Shown here one piece after another: positions 37,543 through 46,461 of a DNA stretch of 64,000 bases (within the stretch, counting starts at the first letter, position 1; each line of letters starts with the position of its first letter). The notes under the pieces are model-generated. The model worked only from the letters and a program-made list of their open reading frames with translations, made no database searches and was not told the origin of the DNA. Origin of the DNA: a virus; the IMG/VR virus record IMGVR_UViG_3300036790_000425, positions 1 to 64,000 of that record; one strand, given 5' to 3'. A program made the translations under genes and the position numbers.

Positions 37543-38157
37543 ATGACCAGACGGCAGCGCCGCCAGGGCGTCCTGATGTCGCCCCTGGCACTGCCCGTGA
37601 CAGGCCTCGGGGGCTGGATCTACCTTGGGGAGCCCCTGCACTGGGCCGGCATGACGGCGGTGCTCTGCCTGTGCGGGGCCATCGCCGTGGTGCTGCCCGC
37701 GCTGGTCATCTCAGCGCGCGGCGTGCCGCTGATCCTGATCCCGGTGGGGGTGCGCAAGTGGTACCGGCAGCGGGCAAAGGACGCCCGGGGCGATGACTAC
37801 CGGCCGCATATCCCGATGTACCTCCAGCGCGCCATAAAGGCGGCCGACCGGAACCGGTGCGCCTACTGCAAGACGCCCTACGCCGGGCCGCGGAGCCTCC
37901 AGCTCGATCACTTCCGGCCGTTCTCCCAGGGCGGCCTGACCGTGTTCTGGAACATGCTCACCCTGTGCGCCCGGTGCAACCGGATCAAGTGCGACTACTG
38001 GGTCAGCCGGAAGCAGCGCCGCTACGGCTACTACACCTACAACCCGTTCGCCGGGGCCGGCAACGCCGCGCTGGCCGCGCAGATCCTGGCCTTCGAGCGC
38101 TGGCACCGGTTCAGTCCCGGCCGGTGGATCCGGGCCGGGCTGTCTCTCGCGGCCTGA
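37543..38157 (+). CDS. HNH endonuclease with N-terminal TM segments
   Basis: CAYC...LQLDHFRPFSQGG...NMLTLCARCNRIK; hydrophobic N-terminus. Confidence 0.85.
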   Translation: MTRRQRRQGVLMSPLALPVTGLGGWIYLGEPLHWAGMTAVLCLCGAIAVVLPALVISARGVPLILIPVGVRKWYRQRAKDARGDDYRPHIPMYLQRAIKAADRNRCAYCKTPYAGPRSLQLDHFRPFSQGGLTVFWNMLTLCARCNRIKCDYWVSRKQRRYGYYTYNPFAGAGNAALAAQILAFERWHRFSPGRWIRAGLSLAA

Positions 38158-38166
38158 CGGAACGGG

Positions 38167-38195
38167 TTGCGCATTACAGGGTTTCTTGCTAATGT
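38167..38195 (+). promoter_or_regulatory. Promoter with 17-bp element (orientation A), identical to 34276-34304
   Basis: TTGCGC-ATTACAGGGTTTCTTGC-TAATGT. Confidence 0.9.
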
Positions 38196-38233
38196 CGTCT
38201 TAGCAAGGAAGACGACATCAAGAGGAGCCCAGG

Positions 38234-38437
38234 ATGACCACCGCTACCGCCCCCGCCATCAGCCCGGCCTACGCCGCCGCCGTGACCGAGACCGCCGGGA
38301 TGATCGGCAGCGAGGTCTCGCAGCTGGCCTACGAGGCCGTCATCGCCCGCCCGGCGCAGCCGGAGCGCGCCGCCGCCCTGTGCTCGATCGCCGCAGCCCT
38401 GCACGAGGCCCGCGTGGCCGCCGGGATCGCGTGGTGA
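38234..38437 (+). CDS. Small Ala-rich protein
   Basis: GAGGAG RBS. Confidence 0.6.
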   Translation: MTTATAPAISPAYAAAVTETAGMIGSEVSQLAYEAVIARPAQPERAAALCSIAAALHEARVAAGIAW

Positions 38438-38757
38438 CCGTGAGCAAGTACCCGCCGCTGCCGGAGGCAGGTCCCTACAAGACCTGGACTCCGTGCCCGG
38501 AAGACAAGATCGACATCCACGTCATCCTGACGCTCCAGAAGACCGTCTACGGTCCCTGCACCATCGGCAGCATCAATCTCGGTCCCGGGACGAGAGCAGA
38601 AATGAGCGAGCACCGGGCGAGCGTCTTCCGGCTGGACCGCCCCGCTAGCCGGGCAGAGATCCTCGACCGGATGCTGGAGGCTTTCCCGGAGCATCTCCGG
38701 GACGGGGTCATCCTGGCCTTCACTGCGGAGCCCGTGCTGATCGGAGACCGGTCGTGA
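38434..38757 (+). CDS. Hypothetical protein
   Basis: GTGA coupling. Confidence 0.6.
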   Translation: MTVSKYPPLPEAGPYKTWTPCPEDKIDIHVILTLQKTVYGPCTIGSINLGPGTRAEMSEHRASVFRLDRPASRAEILDRMLEAFPEHLRDGVILAFTAEPVLIGDRS

Positions 38758-39044
38758 GCCAGTTCAGCGAGGGCGACCTGGTGGAGGCCGGCGGCGACCG
38801 CTGGACTGTCATCAGCTACCGGCCGGCGACCCCGTACAAAGACGCTTGCGTCACCGTCGGCCGCACCACGGCGGGGGACGCCTCGGTGTGCTCGGTCGTC
38901 CGTGACTTCCCGGAGGCCGAGGTCACCCTGGTCACCCGGATGCTGGACCGCACCATGATCATGCAGCGCCACTGGGGCGGCCTGGTCATCTGCCGCGATA
39001 AGGCCGGCGATGTCATCCTCACCTACATCGAGGGGGAGAAGTGA
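38754..39044 (+). CDS. Hypothetical protein
   Basis: GTGA coupling. Confidence 0.6.
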   Translation: MSQFSEGDLVEAGGDRWTVISYRPATPYKDACVTVGRTTAGDASVCSVVRDFPEAEVTLVTRMLDRTMIMQRHWGGLVICRDKAGDVILTYIEGEK

Positions 39045-39715
39045 GCACTGCGATATCGGCTGCGCTAGACGCCTGGCGCGACTCGATGGACGAGCACGGC
39101 CACATCAAGGGCGAACCGCACTGCCTGGGCTGCGGCCGGAAGCTGAACGCCGACGGGTACCACCCGGCCGAGACCTACGGGGGCACCTACAACGGGCTGT
39201 GCTACGGCTGCACGAAGAAGGGCTCGTTCGTGCTGGCGGTCGCCGTCCTGGACGGCTGCCGCAAGATCAGCTACCCGCCGCACTGCCCGTCCTGGCGCCG
39301 CGACCGCGAGGTGTTCTACGGCTACCCGGGGTGCGAGACGTGCTCGGGTCAGGGCGTCAGCAGCATCGGCCGGGAAGGCTACCGGACCCAGTGCAAGGCC
39401 TGCCTGGACCAGTGCATGCAGCACCCGCTGCGCGCCCGGGACCAGGACTGGCGCTGGAGGCTGGAGTCATCCATCCGGCGATCCAGCCGGTATGCCCTGC
39501 TGCGCGCCCTGGGCGTGCCTAAGCGTGCCTCCGGCAAGGCCGAGAACGCTGCCCTGGAGCAGCTGTCCGAGGAGATCAAGGATCAGGTCCGCCGGGAGAT
39601 GGGACCGCGCGTGATGCGGCTCAGGGCCCTGGCCCGGGCCAGGGCCGAGCGGACCCAGGTGAACGTCTGGCTGCCGCCCGCGCTGTGGACCACCGCAGCG
39701 GACCGGGCAGCGTGA
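39041..39715 (+). CDS. Multi-CxxC Zn-binding protein
   Basis: CLGC, CYGC, CETC, CKAC. Confidence 0.65.
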   Translation: MSTAISAALDAWRDSMDEHGHIKGEPHCLGCGRKLNADGYHPAETYGGTYNGLCYGCTKKGSFVLAVAVLDGCRKISYPPHCPSWRRDREVFYGYPGCETCSGQGVSSIGREGYRTQCKACLDQCMQHPLRARDQDWRWRLESSIRRSSRYALLRALGVPKRASGKAENAALEQLSEEIKDQVRREMGPRVMRLRALARARAERTQVNVWLPPALWTTAADRAA

Positions 39716-39903
39716 GCTACGGCGAGCCCGAGCCGTGCCTGAAGCCGCGGTGCCCGAGGACGGCCGGCCGCAGCAAGTACGAGCGCATCCGGGCGGGGGC
39801 GGAGGGCTGGTTCTTCCCCCGGGACGGCGGCGCCTGGTGCCCGGATCACCTGCCGTCGTGGGTGCCCGCCTGGCGGGCCCGGAACAAGGAGGACCAGAAA
39901 TGA
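39712..39903 (+). CDS. Small hypothetical protein
   Basis: AEGWFF...AWCPDH. Confidence 0.55.
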   Translation: MSYGEPEPCLKPRCPRTAGRSKYERIRAGAEGWFFPRDGGAWCPDHLPSWVPAWRARNKEDQK

Positions 39904-40835
39904 GCACGCTGTCCTGCCTGGAGATCTGCGCCGGGGCCGGGGGCCAGCTCCTCGGGCTGGAGCAGGCCGGCTTCGGGCACGTGGCCGCCGCCGAGATCGA
40001 CCCCGACGCCTGCACCACGCTGCGCGTCAACCGGCCCGGCCTGAAGGTGATCGAGGGCGACATCCGGGAGCTGGACGGGCGGCAGTTCGCCGGCATCGAC
40101 CTGCTGGCCGGCGGGGTACCCTGCCCGCCGTTCTCGGTCGGCGGAAAGCAGCTGGGCGAGCAGGACGAGCGGAACCTGTTCCCCGAGGCCCTGCGGCTGA
40201 TCAGGGAGGCCCGGCCGCGTGCCGTCATGCTGGAGAACGTGCCCGGCCTGGCCCAGAAGCAGTTCGCCGGCTACTGCTGGGAAGTGATAACCGGCCTGAC
40301 CGCGATGGGCTACCGGCACACCACCTGGGAGATCATCCAGGCTAGTGACCACGGCGTGCCGCAGCTGCGGCCCCGCTACGTCCTGGTGGCCTGCCGGGAC
40401 CAGTTCGCCTGCCGTCCCCGGCCGCAGGAGGGCCCGCCCCTGACGGTGGGCGAGACCCTGCTGGACCTGATGGCGGCAGGCGGCTGGGAAGGCGCGCATG
40501 AGTGGGCCGGGGTTGCTCACGGGATAGCCCCTACGATCGTCGGCGGCAGCAAGAAGCACGGCGGGCCCGATCTCGGGCCGACGCGCGCTCGCGCCGCCTG
40601 GGCAAAGCTGGGAGTAGACGGCCGCAGCGTGGCTGATGCTCCCCCGCCGCCTGGATACGCAGGCCTGCCGCGACTGACTGTCCCGATGGTAGCGCGCATC
40701 CAGGGCGTCCCGGATGACTGGGTCATCACCGGCCGCAAGACCACTGCCTACCGGCAGGTAGGAAATATGTTCCCGCCGCCCGTCGCCCGGGCCGTGGGCC
40801 TGAGCATCCGGGCTGCCCTCACGAGCGGAGACTGA
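39900..40835 (+). CDS. DNA (cytosine-5) methyltransferase, M.NaeI/M.NgoMIV-like (predicted GCCGGC), orphan
   Basis: EICAGAGG, GGVPCPPFS, ENV, PQLRPR; APTIVGGSKKHGGPDLGPTRA matches the recalled M.NaeI target-recognition region. Confidence 0.9.
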   Translation: MSTLSCLEICAGAGGQLLGLEQAGFGHVAAAEIDPDACTTLRVNRPGLKVIEGDIRELDGRQFAGIDLLAGGVPCPPFSVGGKQLGEQDERNLFPEALRLIREARPRAVMLENVPGLAQKQFAGYCWEVITGLTAMGYRHTTWEIIQASDHGVPQLRPRYVLVACRDQFACRPRPQEGPPLTVGETLLDLMAAGGWEGAHEWAGVAHGIAPTIVGGSKKHGGPDLGPTRARAAWAKLGVDGRSVADAPPPPGYAGLPRLTVPMVARIQGVPDDWVITGRKTTAYRQVGNMFPPPVARAVGLSIRAALTSGD

Positions 40836-40838
40836 CTC

Positions 40839-41087
40839 ATGGCACGACTGCCCAGCATGATGTACCTCATCCAGCAGATCGGCGGGCAGGTGATCCTGTT
40901 CGAGGAAAGCACCGAGCGCGAGATCGCCCGCTTCGACCCGCAGGATTCCGACGCTGCCGCTAAGGCCCAGCTGACTATCCACGTCAGTCCGGTCCTGAGC
41001 GACGAGGACAAGGCGTTCGCCCACTTCTGGTCCGGATACTTCTACGCCCTCTCAGGTGCCGGGGCTGCCCGGGAGGCAGACGAATGA
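40839..41087 (+). CDS. Hypothetical protein
   Basis: ORF; FAHFWSGYFY. Confidence 0.65.
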   Translation: MARLPSMMYLIQQIGGQVILFEESTEREIARFDPQDSDAAAKAQLTIHVSPVLSDEDKAFAHFWSGYFYALSGAGAAREADE

Positions 41088-41449
41088 CCCGCAAGCCTGT
41101 CCTGCCGTGCCGGGTCCGGCTGGAGACCGCGCCCCGGGTGCGCTGCGAGACCAGCTGGGACCCGGCCAGCAGCGGGAAGACCACCCTGCGCATCCGGGTC
41201 GGCGGAGAGTGCCTGGTAACAGCGGTGCACTTCTTCGACAGCTCGGAGCCTGAGGCCGTCTGGCTGGGCGTCTGGAGCCTGAGCGTGCCGGCGGCGGCCG
41301 GGGCCGAGGTCGCCATCGAGATGACGGCGCAGGACCTGATGCCCGTGCTGAGCCAGTTCGACTGGTCGCTGCCGGGCGAGCCGCCGGACGACATCGAGGT
41401 GCCGGAGGGGCCTCCGCCCCGGGCAGGCGAGGACCCCTCTCCCAACTGA
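41084..41449 (+). CDS. Hypothetical protein
   Basis: ATGA coupling; last gene of the plus block. Confidence 0.6.
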   Translation: MTRKPVLPCRVRLETAPRVRCETSWDPASSGKTTLRIRVGGECLVTAVHFFDSSEPEAVWLGVWSLSVPAAAGAEVAIEMTAQDLMPVLSQFDWSLPGEPPDDIEVPEGPPPRAGEDPSPN

Positions 41450-41465
41450 AGTACGGGCTCCCGCA

Positions 41466-42365
41466 CTAAAGTGCGGCCAGCATCTCCGGCGCAGCGCTGA
41501 TCAGGCCGCGGGCCACGCCCGCCTCCTCCAGGCCGGACATGCCGCCCTTGCCGTCCCCGCCGTGGCCCTCCGGGCCCGTGCCGCCGTCCGGGTCATCGTC
41601 GATCACCGAGCTGGACAGGTCGGCCATCAGGTAGCGGCCGACCACCACCCGGGCCACCCGCTCGCACTCGGCCGACGGCAGCTGGGGGTTGGCGCTCGCG
41701 ATCGCGGCCGTGGCCAGCCGCACCCGGCCGTGCACCGGGTCAAGCCGGGAGGTCACCTGCCCGGCTGGGGATGGCTGCGGCACGGTGGTCGGGTCCGGGG
41801 TCGCGCCCGCCGGGATGTTGGCCGGGGCCGGTCCCGCGCTCCCGCCGGCCGGCTGCGGCGGGGTCGGGGCCGGCGGGGGCAGCGCAGAGGCATCCGCCTG
41901 CCGGCTCATCCCGGTGGCCTCCTGGACCGGTCCCTGGGCCGGCGGCCGGACCTGGGTCACCTGCGGGTCCGGTCCGCCGGGCGGCCCCTGGGGCACCTCG
42001 GAGTAGCCGTGCGAGAAGTCCGGGCCCTCGCTGTGCTCGTCCGGCTCCTCAGGGCCGGAGCCGTAGCCGCCGCCGTCCGGGACCCAGGCCAGCGGGTCCT
42101 GGCCCTCCGCCAGCGCCTCGGTCATCAGGACCCAGCGCCGGGCGGCGAGCGCGGCCAGCTCCTCCACCGGCAGCCCGTTGCGGTCGGCAATGGACTCCAG
42201 CCGCTCGCCGGCGATCGCCAGCCGGTGCGCGAACTCGGCCGCGGTCCGGGCCGGGGCCAGGAACGGGAAGATCCCCTCGAAGTCCGCCTCCGCCCGGGCC
42301 AGCGCGGCCTCGCGCTCGATCCCCTCGTGACTGGCCGATGCCTCGGCCCACAGGTCGTCAGTCAT
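41466..42365 (-). CDS. Probable head-associated protein (299 aa)
   Basis: ATGA-coupled to the 1139-aa gene and shares a repeat with it. Confidence 0.7.
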   Translation of the reverse strand: MTDDLWAEASASHEGIEREAALARAEADFEGIFPFLAPARTAAEFAHRLAIAGERLESIADRNGLPVEELAALAARRWVLMTEALAEGQDPLAWVPDGGGYGSGPEEPDEHSEGPDFSHGYSEVPQGPPGGPDPQVTQVRPPAQGPVQEATGMSRQADASALPPPAPTPPQPAGGSAGPAPANIPAGATPDPTTVPQPSPAGQVTSRLDPVHGRVRLATAAIASANPQLPSAECERVARVVVGRYLMADLSSSVIDDDPDGGTGPEGHGGDGKGGMSGLEEAGVARGLISAAPEMLAAL

Positions 42366-45300
42366 GATCCTGCCTCTCCGCTGATGAGACCGGCTCCCAG
42401 GCCGCTGCTCAGGGACGCCTGAACGCGGGCCCGGAACACCGCCATCCGGTCGCTGCCGTGCGGGTCGCCGGCGTAGGCATCCGGGTTGGAGTACCCCTCC
42501 TGGTTCGCCGTGTTCGGCGCGACCGGGGCCAGCGTGGCGTTCTCCGGGTGGTCCCCGCTGAAGGTGTTGGTGAACGGGCCGTCCTTCTGCTCCGGCCGCT
42601 GCGGCTTCCCCAGCACGTCGTCGGGCACCACCGGGCCGCCGGGCAGCGGCGGCGCGCCCTGGTACGGGCCGGGGCCGCCCGGGGTGGCTGCCTCGTCCAG
42701 GCCGCCCATCGGCGGCGGCTGGCCCGGGCCGTTCAGCGGCGTGGCGCCCATCGGGTCCGGCGACGTGCCCGGCCCGTCGGTGATCAGGTCGGTGCTGGTG
42801 CCCGCCCTGCGGACCAGGTAGGCACCCTGAGCGCGCAGGCCCTCGTTCCGGTAGCCGGTCTTGCGGCTGAACGAGCGGTGCAGGGCGACCCGGCGGCCCA
42901 GCTCGGGATGCTCGTCAGCGCGGATGGCGTGCCAGGCCAGCCACCGGTCCTGGATCTCCGGGCGGTCGGTGATCCCGGCGTACAGCCCGGCCTCGAAAGC
43001 GGCCGAGCCGGTGGTCACCAGGGCGACCCGGGGGACCCAGGCAGAGGCGAATCCGTAGCCCTTCCGGAAGTCCGGGTCATCGTGCAGCTGCGCCGGCACG
43101 AACGCATCCGACACCCGGCTGGCCTTCGCCACCTGGAAGGCCCGCTGAGCCTCGGTGTCGTTCATTGCCTGGCCGCTGTCGCCGCCGATCGAGGCCGGGA
43201 CATCCTGCGGCCCTGAGGGAGCCTGTGCGGCCCCGTACTCGGCGGCGTAGCCCTTGACGTAGGGCGAGACCCCGGAGGAGTTGTCAGCGAACGCAGGGCG
43301 CTCCCCGGCGGCCTTGTCGGCCCGGCCCGCTGCGGCGCCGGCGGCATAGTCGGCGTCCTGCGGCATGGCGTTCGAGCTGGCCGGGTCCGGTGCCGTGGCC
43401 GGGGTATTGAACGGCGGCGCGGCGTCGTCGGTGGTGGCGTGCGGCGCGGTCATCGTGTCGGCCCGCACCACCCGCGCGGTCCGCTGGCCGTGCAAATCCG
43501 TTCGCTCACCGTAAACGCACTTGTGCGGGCAGTCGCAGCCGGGCTTATGGCCGCAGTCGGTGCAGTGCGGCTCCTCCGGACTGCCGCCCGTGCCGGAGTC
43601 GGCCGCCGTGCGGGCGCTGGCCGTGGCACGCACGCTCCGGGCCTTCTGGGCCTGATCCCGGGCGTCCTGCCAGTGCGGGAACAGGTCCGGGCGGCCGGTC
43701 ATCTCGCCGTAGCTCTCGCGCGTCATCGGCGTGCCGCTGTAGGTAGCCGCGTGCACCCCGTTGTAGGACCGCAGGTAGGCCCCGTGCGACCGGGCCGACC
43801 ACGGGTAGTCGTCCTTGTGGTAGGGCTTCTTGCCGTCCAGGGCGTCCATGTTCCCGAAGATCCGGGCGTGCGCCTCGGGCAGCCCGGTCAGCCCGGCTGC
43901 CTGGACCTGCTGCTTCCCGCCGGCCGGGACGGCGCCCTGCGGGCCGGTGGTCCACTGCTGAGTCCAGGCCTCGCTCAGCGGGAAGGCCACGCCCTCGGGC
44001 AGGTCATCATCCTGCGGGGCGGGCGCGTTATTCGGGTCGGTCACCTGCTGGACCTGGTCCAGGCCGGACGCGCCGTGGTGGTGCATGATCTCGGCCGGCT
44101 GGCCGTAGGCCTGGTCGTTTCCGCAGTCGTTGCAGTGGATCTGGTTCTTGCCGTCCCCGCGGGACAGCTTGACGTTCTTGCTGTGGCACTTCGGGCAGGC
44201 CGGGGACGGCACGGCGGCCTCGCGGCTGGCACCCTCGGCCTGGTGCCTGATAGCCCCGCAGTAGGCATCCGGGTCGTCTTTGTCCTGATTCACCCTGATA
44301 CATGACTGAAAGTCAGCATATCCCGCGAACGGGGCACCCTTGGTGAGTGCCGCCTCAGCGGCCCGGGAAAAATCCAGGCGGCGCCCGGACTTGCCGAACT
44401 CATGCTCCTTGCGGTCCACGTAGGAGTCCACCTCGGACCGCGGAACGCCCTTGACCTTCCCCTTCAGCCGCTCAGCGTTCTCCAGGTCGCCCTTGTTCTC
44501 GATCGGCAGCTTGCCGCCGGGCAGCGCATCGCCCTTCTTCTCGGCTGCGGCCCGCTCGTCCCTGGTGAAGTCCCGGGCCAGCACCGGCCGCACGACCGCC
44601 ATGAAGCCGTGCAGGACAGCGGTGTCCTCGGCAGTACGGTCACTGGCGCCCCAGCCGGCCGTCACGCGATTGTGCCGCGCGCCCAGCTCATCCAGGGATC
44701 GAACGCCCTGAACGGCCCGGCGGCCCTCCCGGGCCCCCAGCTCCTCCAGCCCGGCCAGCCGGCGAGCGGTGTCCAGGTCCATCGCGTAGCCGATCGCCAC
44801 TGACGCGGTGTGCTCGCTGCCGCCCGTGCAGCCCTCCTCCGGCCAGTGCGCGCTGGCGCACTTCTCGTGGAATGGGTGCATCACCTCGCCCGTGGTCAGC
44901 CACCGGTAGCCGAACGGGTCCGGGGCGCTGTAGCCCTCGATCCTGGCAGCCTGGCGGCGGTCAGCGCCGGCGTCCTGCGGCTGGCCGGCCACGGGGTTCG
45001 GTGCAGACGAGCCGGCGGAGTCGGTCGCGGCCGGGGCGGTCGGCAGCGTGCCGGGCTGGCCCAGCGGTACCTCGGCGTAGCTGTTCGAGGTGTCGAATCC
45101 GGTGCTGTGCTCGTCAGGCTTCTCCGGGCCCGAGCCGAATCCCGAGCCGCCGCCGTTCTGCTGCTCGACCTGCTGGATCAGCGGCGCGCCGTCACTGGAG
45201 ATCTGCGAGCCGTGGTTGTTGTCCTCGACCTGGTTGAACTGGTCCTGCTCCTCCCCGAACGTCGGGAAGACCTCGGTCGGGTAGGGGGTCTGGGACGGCG

Positions 45301-45781
45301 CGTTGTTCGGGTCCACCGTCTGGTCGATCTGCGGCAGCCCGCTGGCGCCCTGGTGCAGGTAGCCGACGTAGCCCAGGAACTCGCGCTCGGCGGCCGGGGC
45401 CTTCGAGCCGTAGGCCGACGCCAGGGTGTGCGCCCGGCCGCGGGCCTGGAGGCCCAGCTCCTCGCCGTCCTGCCGCACGGCCGGGTCCAGGGCGCGGTAC
45501 CAGACGGCGGCCTCGGAGACCATCGCGACCCGGAAGTCACCCTCGCCGGGGTCCCGGAAGTCGGCCAGCCAGTCGGTAGCCGCGGTGTGCAGCTCGTGCG
45601 CGGTGCGGGGCTCCATCCGGTGCGCCACGATCTCGGCGCCCAGGTCGGTCTCCCGGCCGGCGGCGGCGCTGGCCGCTGCCTGCCGGTCGAAGGTCTCCAG
45701 GGCGGCCACGGCGCGGGTCAGCCGCAGGCCGTTATCGCGGGACTGCTGGATCTCGCGCACCAGGGCGCTGCGGTCAGTCAT
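42362..45781 (-). CDS. 1139-aa probable head-associated modular protein
   Basis: GAGGG RBS; small modules ALPGGKLPIENKGDLENA and PFAGYADFQSC..DPDAYCG recalled from phage head proteins; Zn ribbon CPKC/CNDC. Confidence 0.75.
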   Translation of the reverse strand: MTDRSALVREIQQSRDNGLRLTRAVAALETFDRQAAASAAAGRETDLGAEIVAHRMEPRTAHELHTAATDWLADFRDPGEGDFRVAMVSEAAVWYRALDPAVRQDGEELGLQARGRAHTLASAYGSKAPAAEREFLGYVGYLHQGASGLPQIDQTVDPNNAPSQTPYPTEVFPTFGEEQDQFNQVEDNNHGSQISSDGAPLIQQVEQQNGGGSGFGSGPEKPDEHSTGFDTSNSYAEVPLGQPGTLPTAPAATDSAGSSAPNPVAGQPQDAGADRRQAARIEGYSAPDPFGYRWLTTGEVMHPFHEKCASAHWPEEGCTGGSEHTASVAIGYAMDLDTARRLAGLEELGAREGRRAVQGVRSLDELGARHNRVTAGWGASDRTAEDTAVLHGFMAVVRPVLARDFTRDERAAAEKKGDALPGGKLPIENKGDLENAERLKGKVKGVPRSEVDSYVDRKEHEFGKSGRRLDFSRAAEAALTKGAPFAGYADFQSCIRVNQDKDDPDAYCGAIRHQAEGASREAAVPSPACPKCHSKNVKLSRGDGKNQIHCNDCGNDQAYGQPAEIMHHHGASGLDQVQQVTDPNNAPAPQDDDLPEGVAFPLSEAWTQQWTTGPQGAVPAGGKQQVQAAGLTGLPEAHARIFGNMDALDGKKPYHKDDYPWSARSHGAYLRSYNGVHAATYSGTPMTRESYGEMTGRPDLFPHWQDARDQAQKARSVRATASARTAADSGTGGSPEEPHCTDCGHKPGCDCPHKCVYGERTDLHGQRTARVVRADTMTAPHATTDDAAPPFNTPATAPDPASSNAMPQDADYAAGAAAGRADKAAGERPAFADNSSGVSPYVKGYAAEYGAAQAPSGPQDVPASIGGDSGQAMNDTEAQRAFQVAKASRVSDAFVPAQLHDDPDFRKGYGFASAWVPRVALVTTGSAAFEAGLYAGITDRPEIQDRWLAWHAIRADEHPELGRRVALHRSFSRKTGYRNEGLRAQGAYLVRRAGTSTDLITDGPGTSPDPMGATPLNGPGQPPPMGGLDEAATPGGPGPYQGAPPLPGGPVVPDDVLGKPQRPEQKDGPFTNTFSGDHPENATLAPVAPNTANQEGYSNPDAYAGDPHGSDRMAVFRARVQASLSSGLGAGLISGEAGS

Positions 45782-45851
45782 CGGGCCGTCCCTCTCGTCG
45801 CTGCTTCCTGTACCTTCTGCGGCCCGGTCACGAGATGGCGAACCCGGATGA

Positions 45852-46352
45852 TCACGGGGAGATAACGGTAACGTCCGGGCTGCGGATGGCCCCGAGCAGG
45901 CTCGCCACGTCCGCTGCCCGCAGCGGAGGCAGCCGGCCAGCTTCCAGGAAGTCCAGCCACAGGCCCGCGACCTCGGGAGCGGCCAGGCCTGCATGCACCC
46001 GGTCAGCATCCCAGCCGGGCATCCGGCCGTACCAGACGCGGCGGCCCTTCCCGGAGTCGGGCTTGCGCACGGGCTCGAAGCCGGGGACGGCTGCCGCCAT
46101 CCCGGTCAGCTCACGGATCTGGCGGCGGGTGAGGATCACCCGGCCCCCGGCTTCGAGCTGCCGGCCGGCCACCGCGAGCACAGGCTCGTCTTCCCCGGCG
46201 GCCGACCGCCGGCCCGCCGCATCCTGGCTCGCGCACCGCTGATGCAGCTTCCGGCCGTAGTACCAGAGGATCTCCTCGCCCAGGATGAACTCGCCGCCGC
46301 AGCCTGGTGCATCGCACGTCAGGCCGGACTCCCAGACAGTCACCGTGGACAA
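45852..46352 (-). CDS. Zn-finger hypothetical protein
   Basis: GGGAGG + TTG; CDAPGC...HQRC. Confidence 0.55.
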   Translation of the reverse strand: MSTVTVWESGLTCDAPGCGGEFILGEEILWYYGRKLHQRCASQDAAGRRSAAGEDEPVLAVAGRQLEAGGRVILTRRQIRELTGMAAAVPGFEPVRKPDSGKGRRVWYGRMPGWDADRVHAGLAAPEVAGLWLDFLEAGRLPPLRAADVASLLGAIRSPDVTVISP

Positions 46353-46461
46353 AGTCGCGCCTCCCACACCTTCCAGGGCGGCGCATGAGAATCGCGCCCG
46401 TCCCCGGCAAGAGGGGCGAGCGCGATTCAGCCGGGAGCACGGCTGGCGCTGTGGGCGCTGC

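Noticed and set aside
13465-41449. Integron or transposon origin of the accessory island
   Set aside because: No integrase, transposase, attC-like hairpins or terminal repeats were recognised
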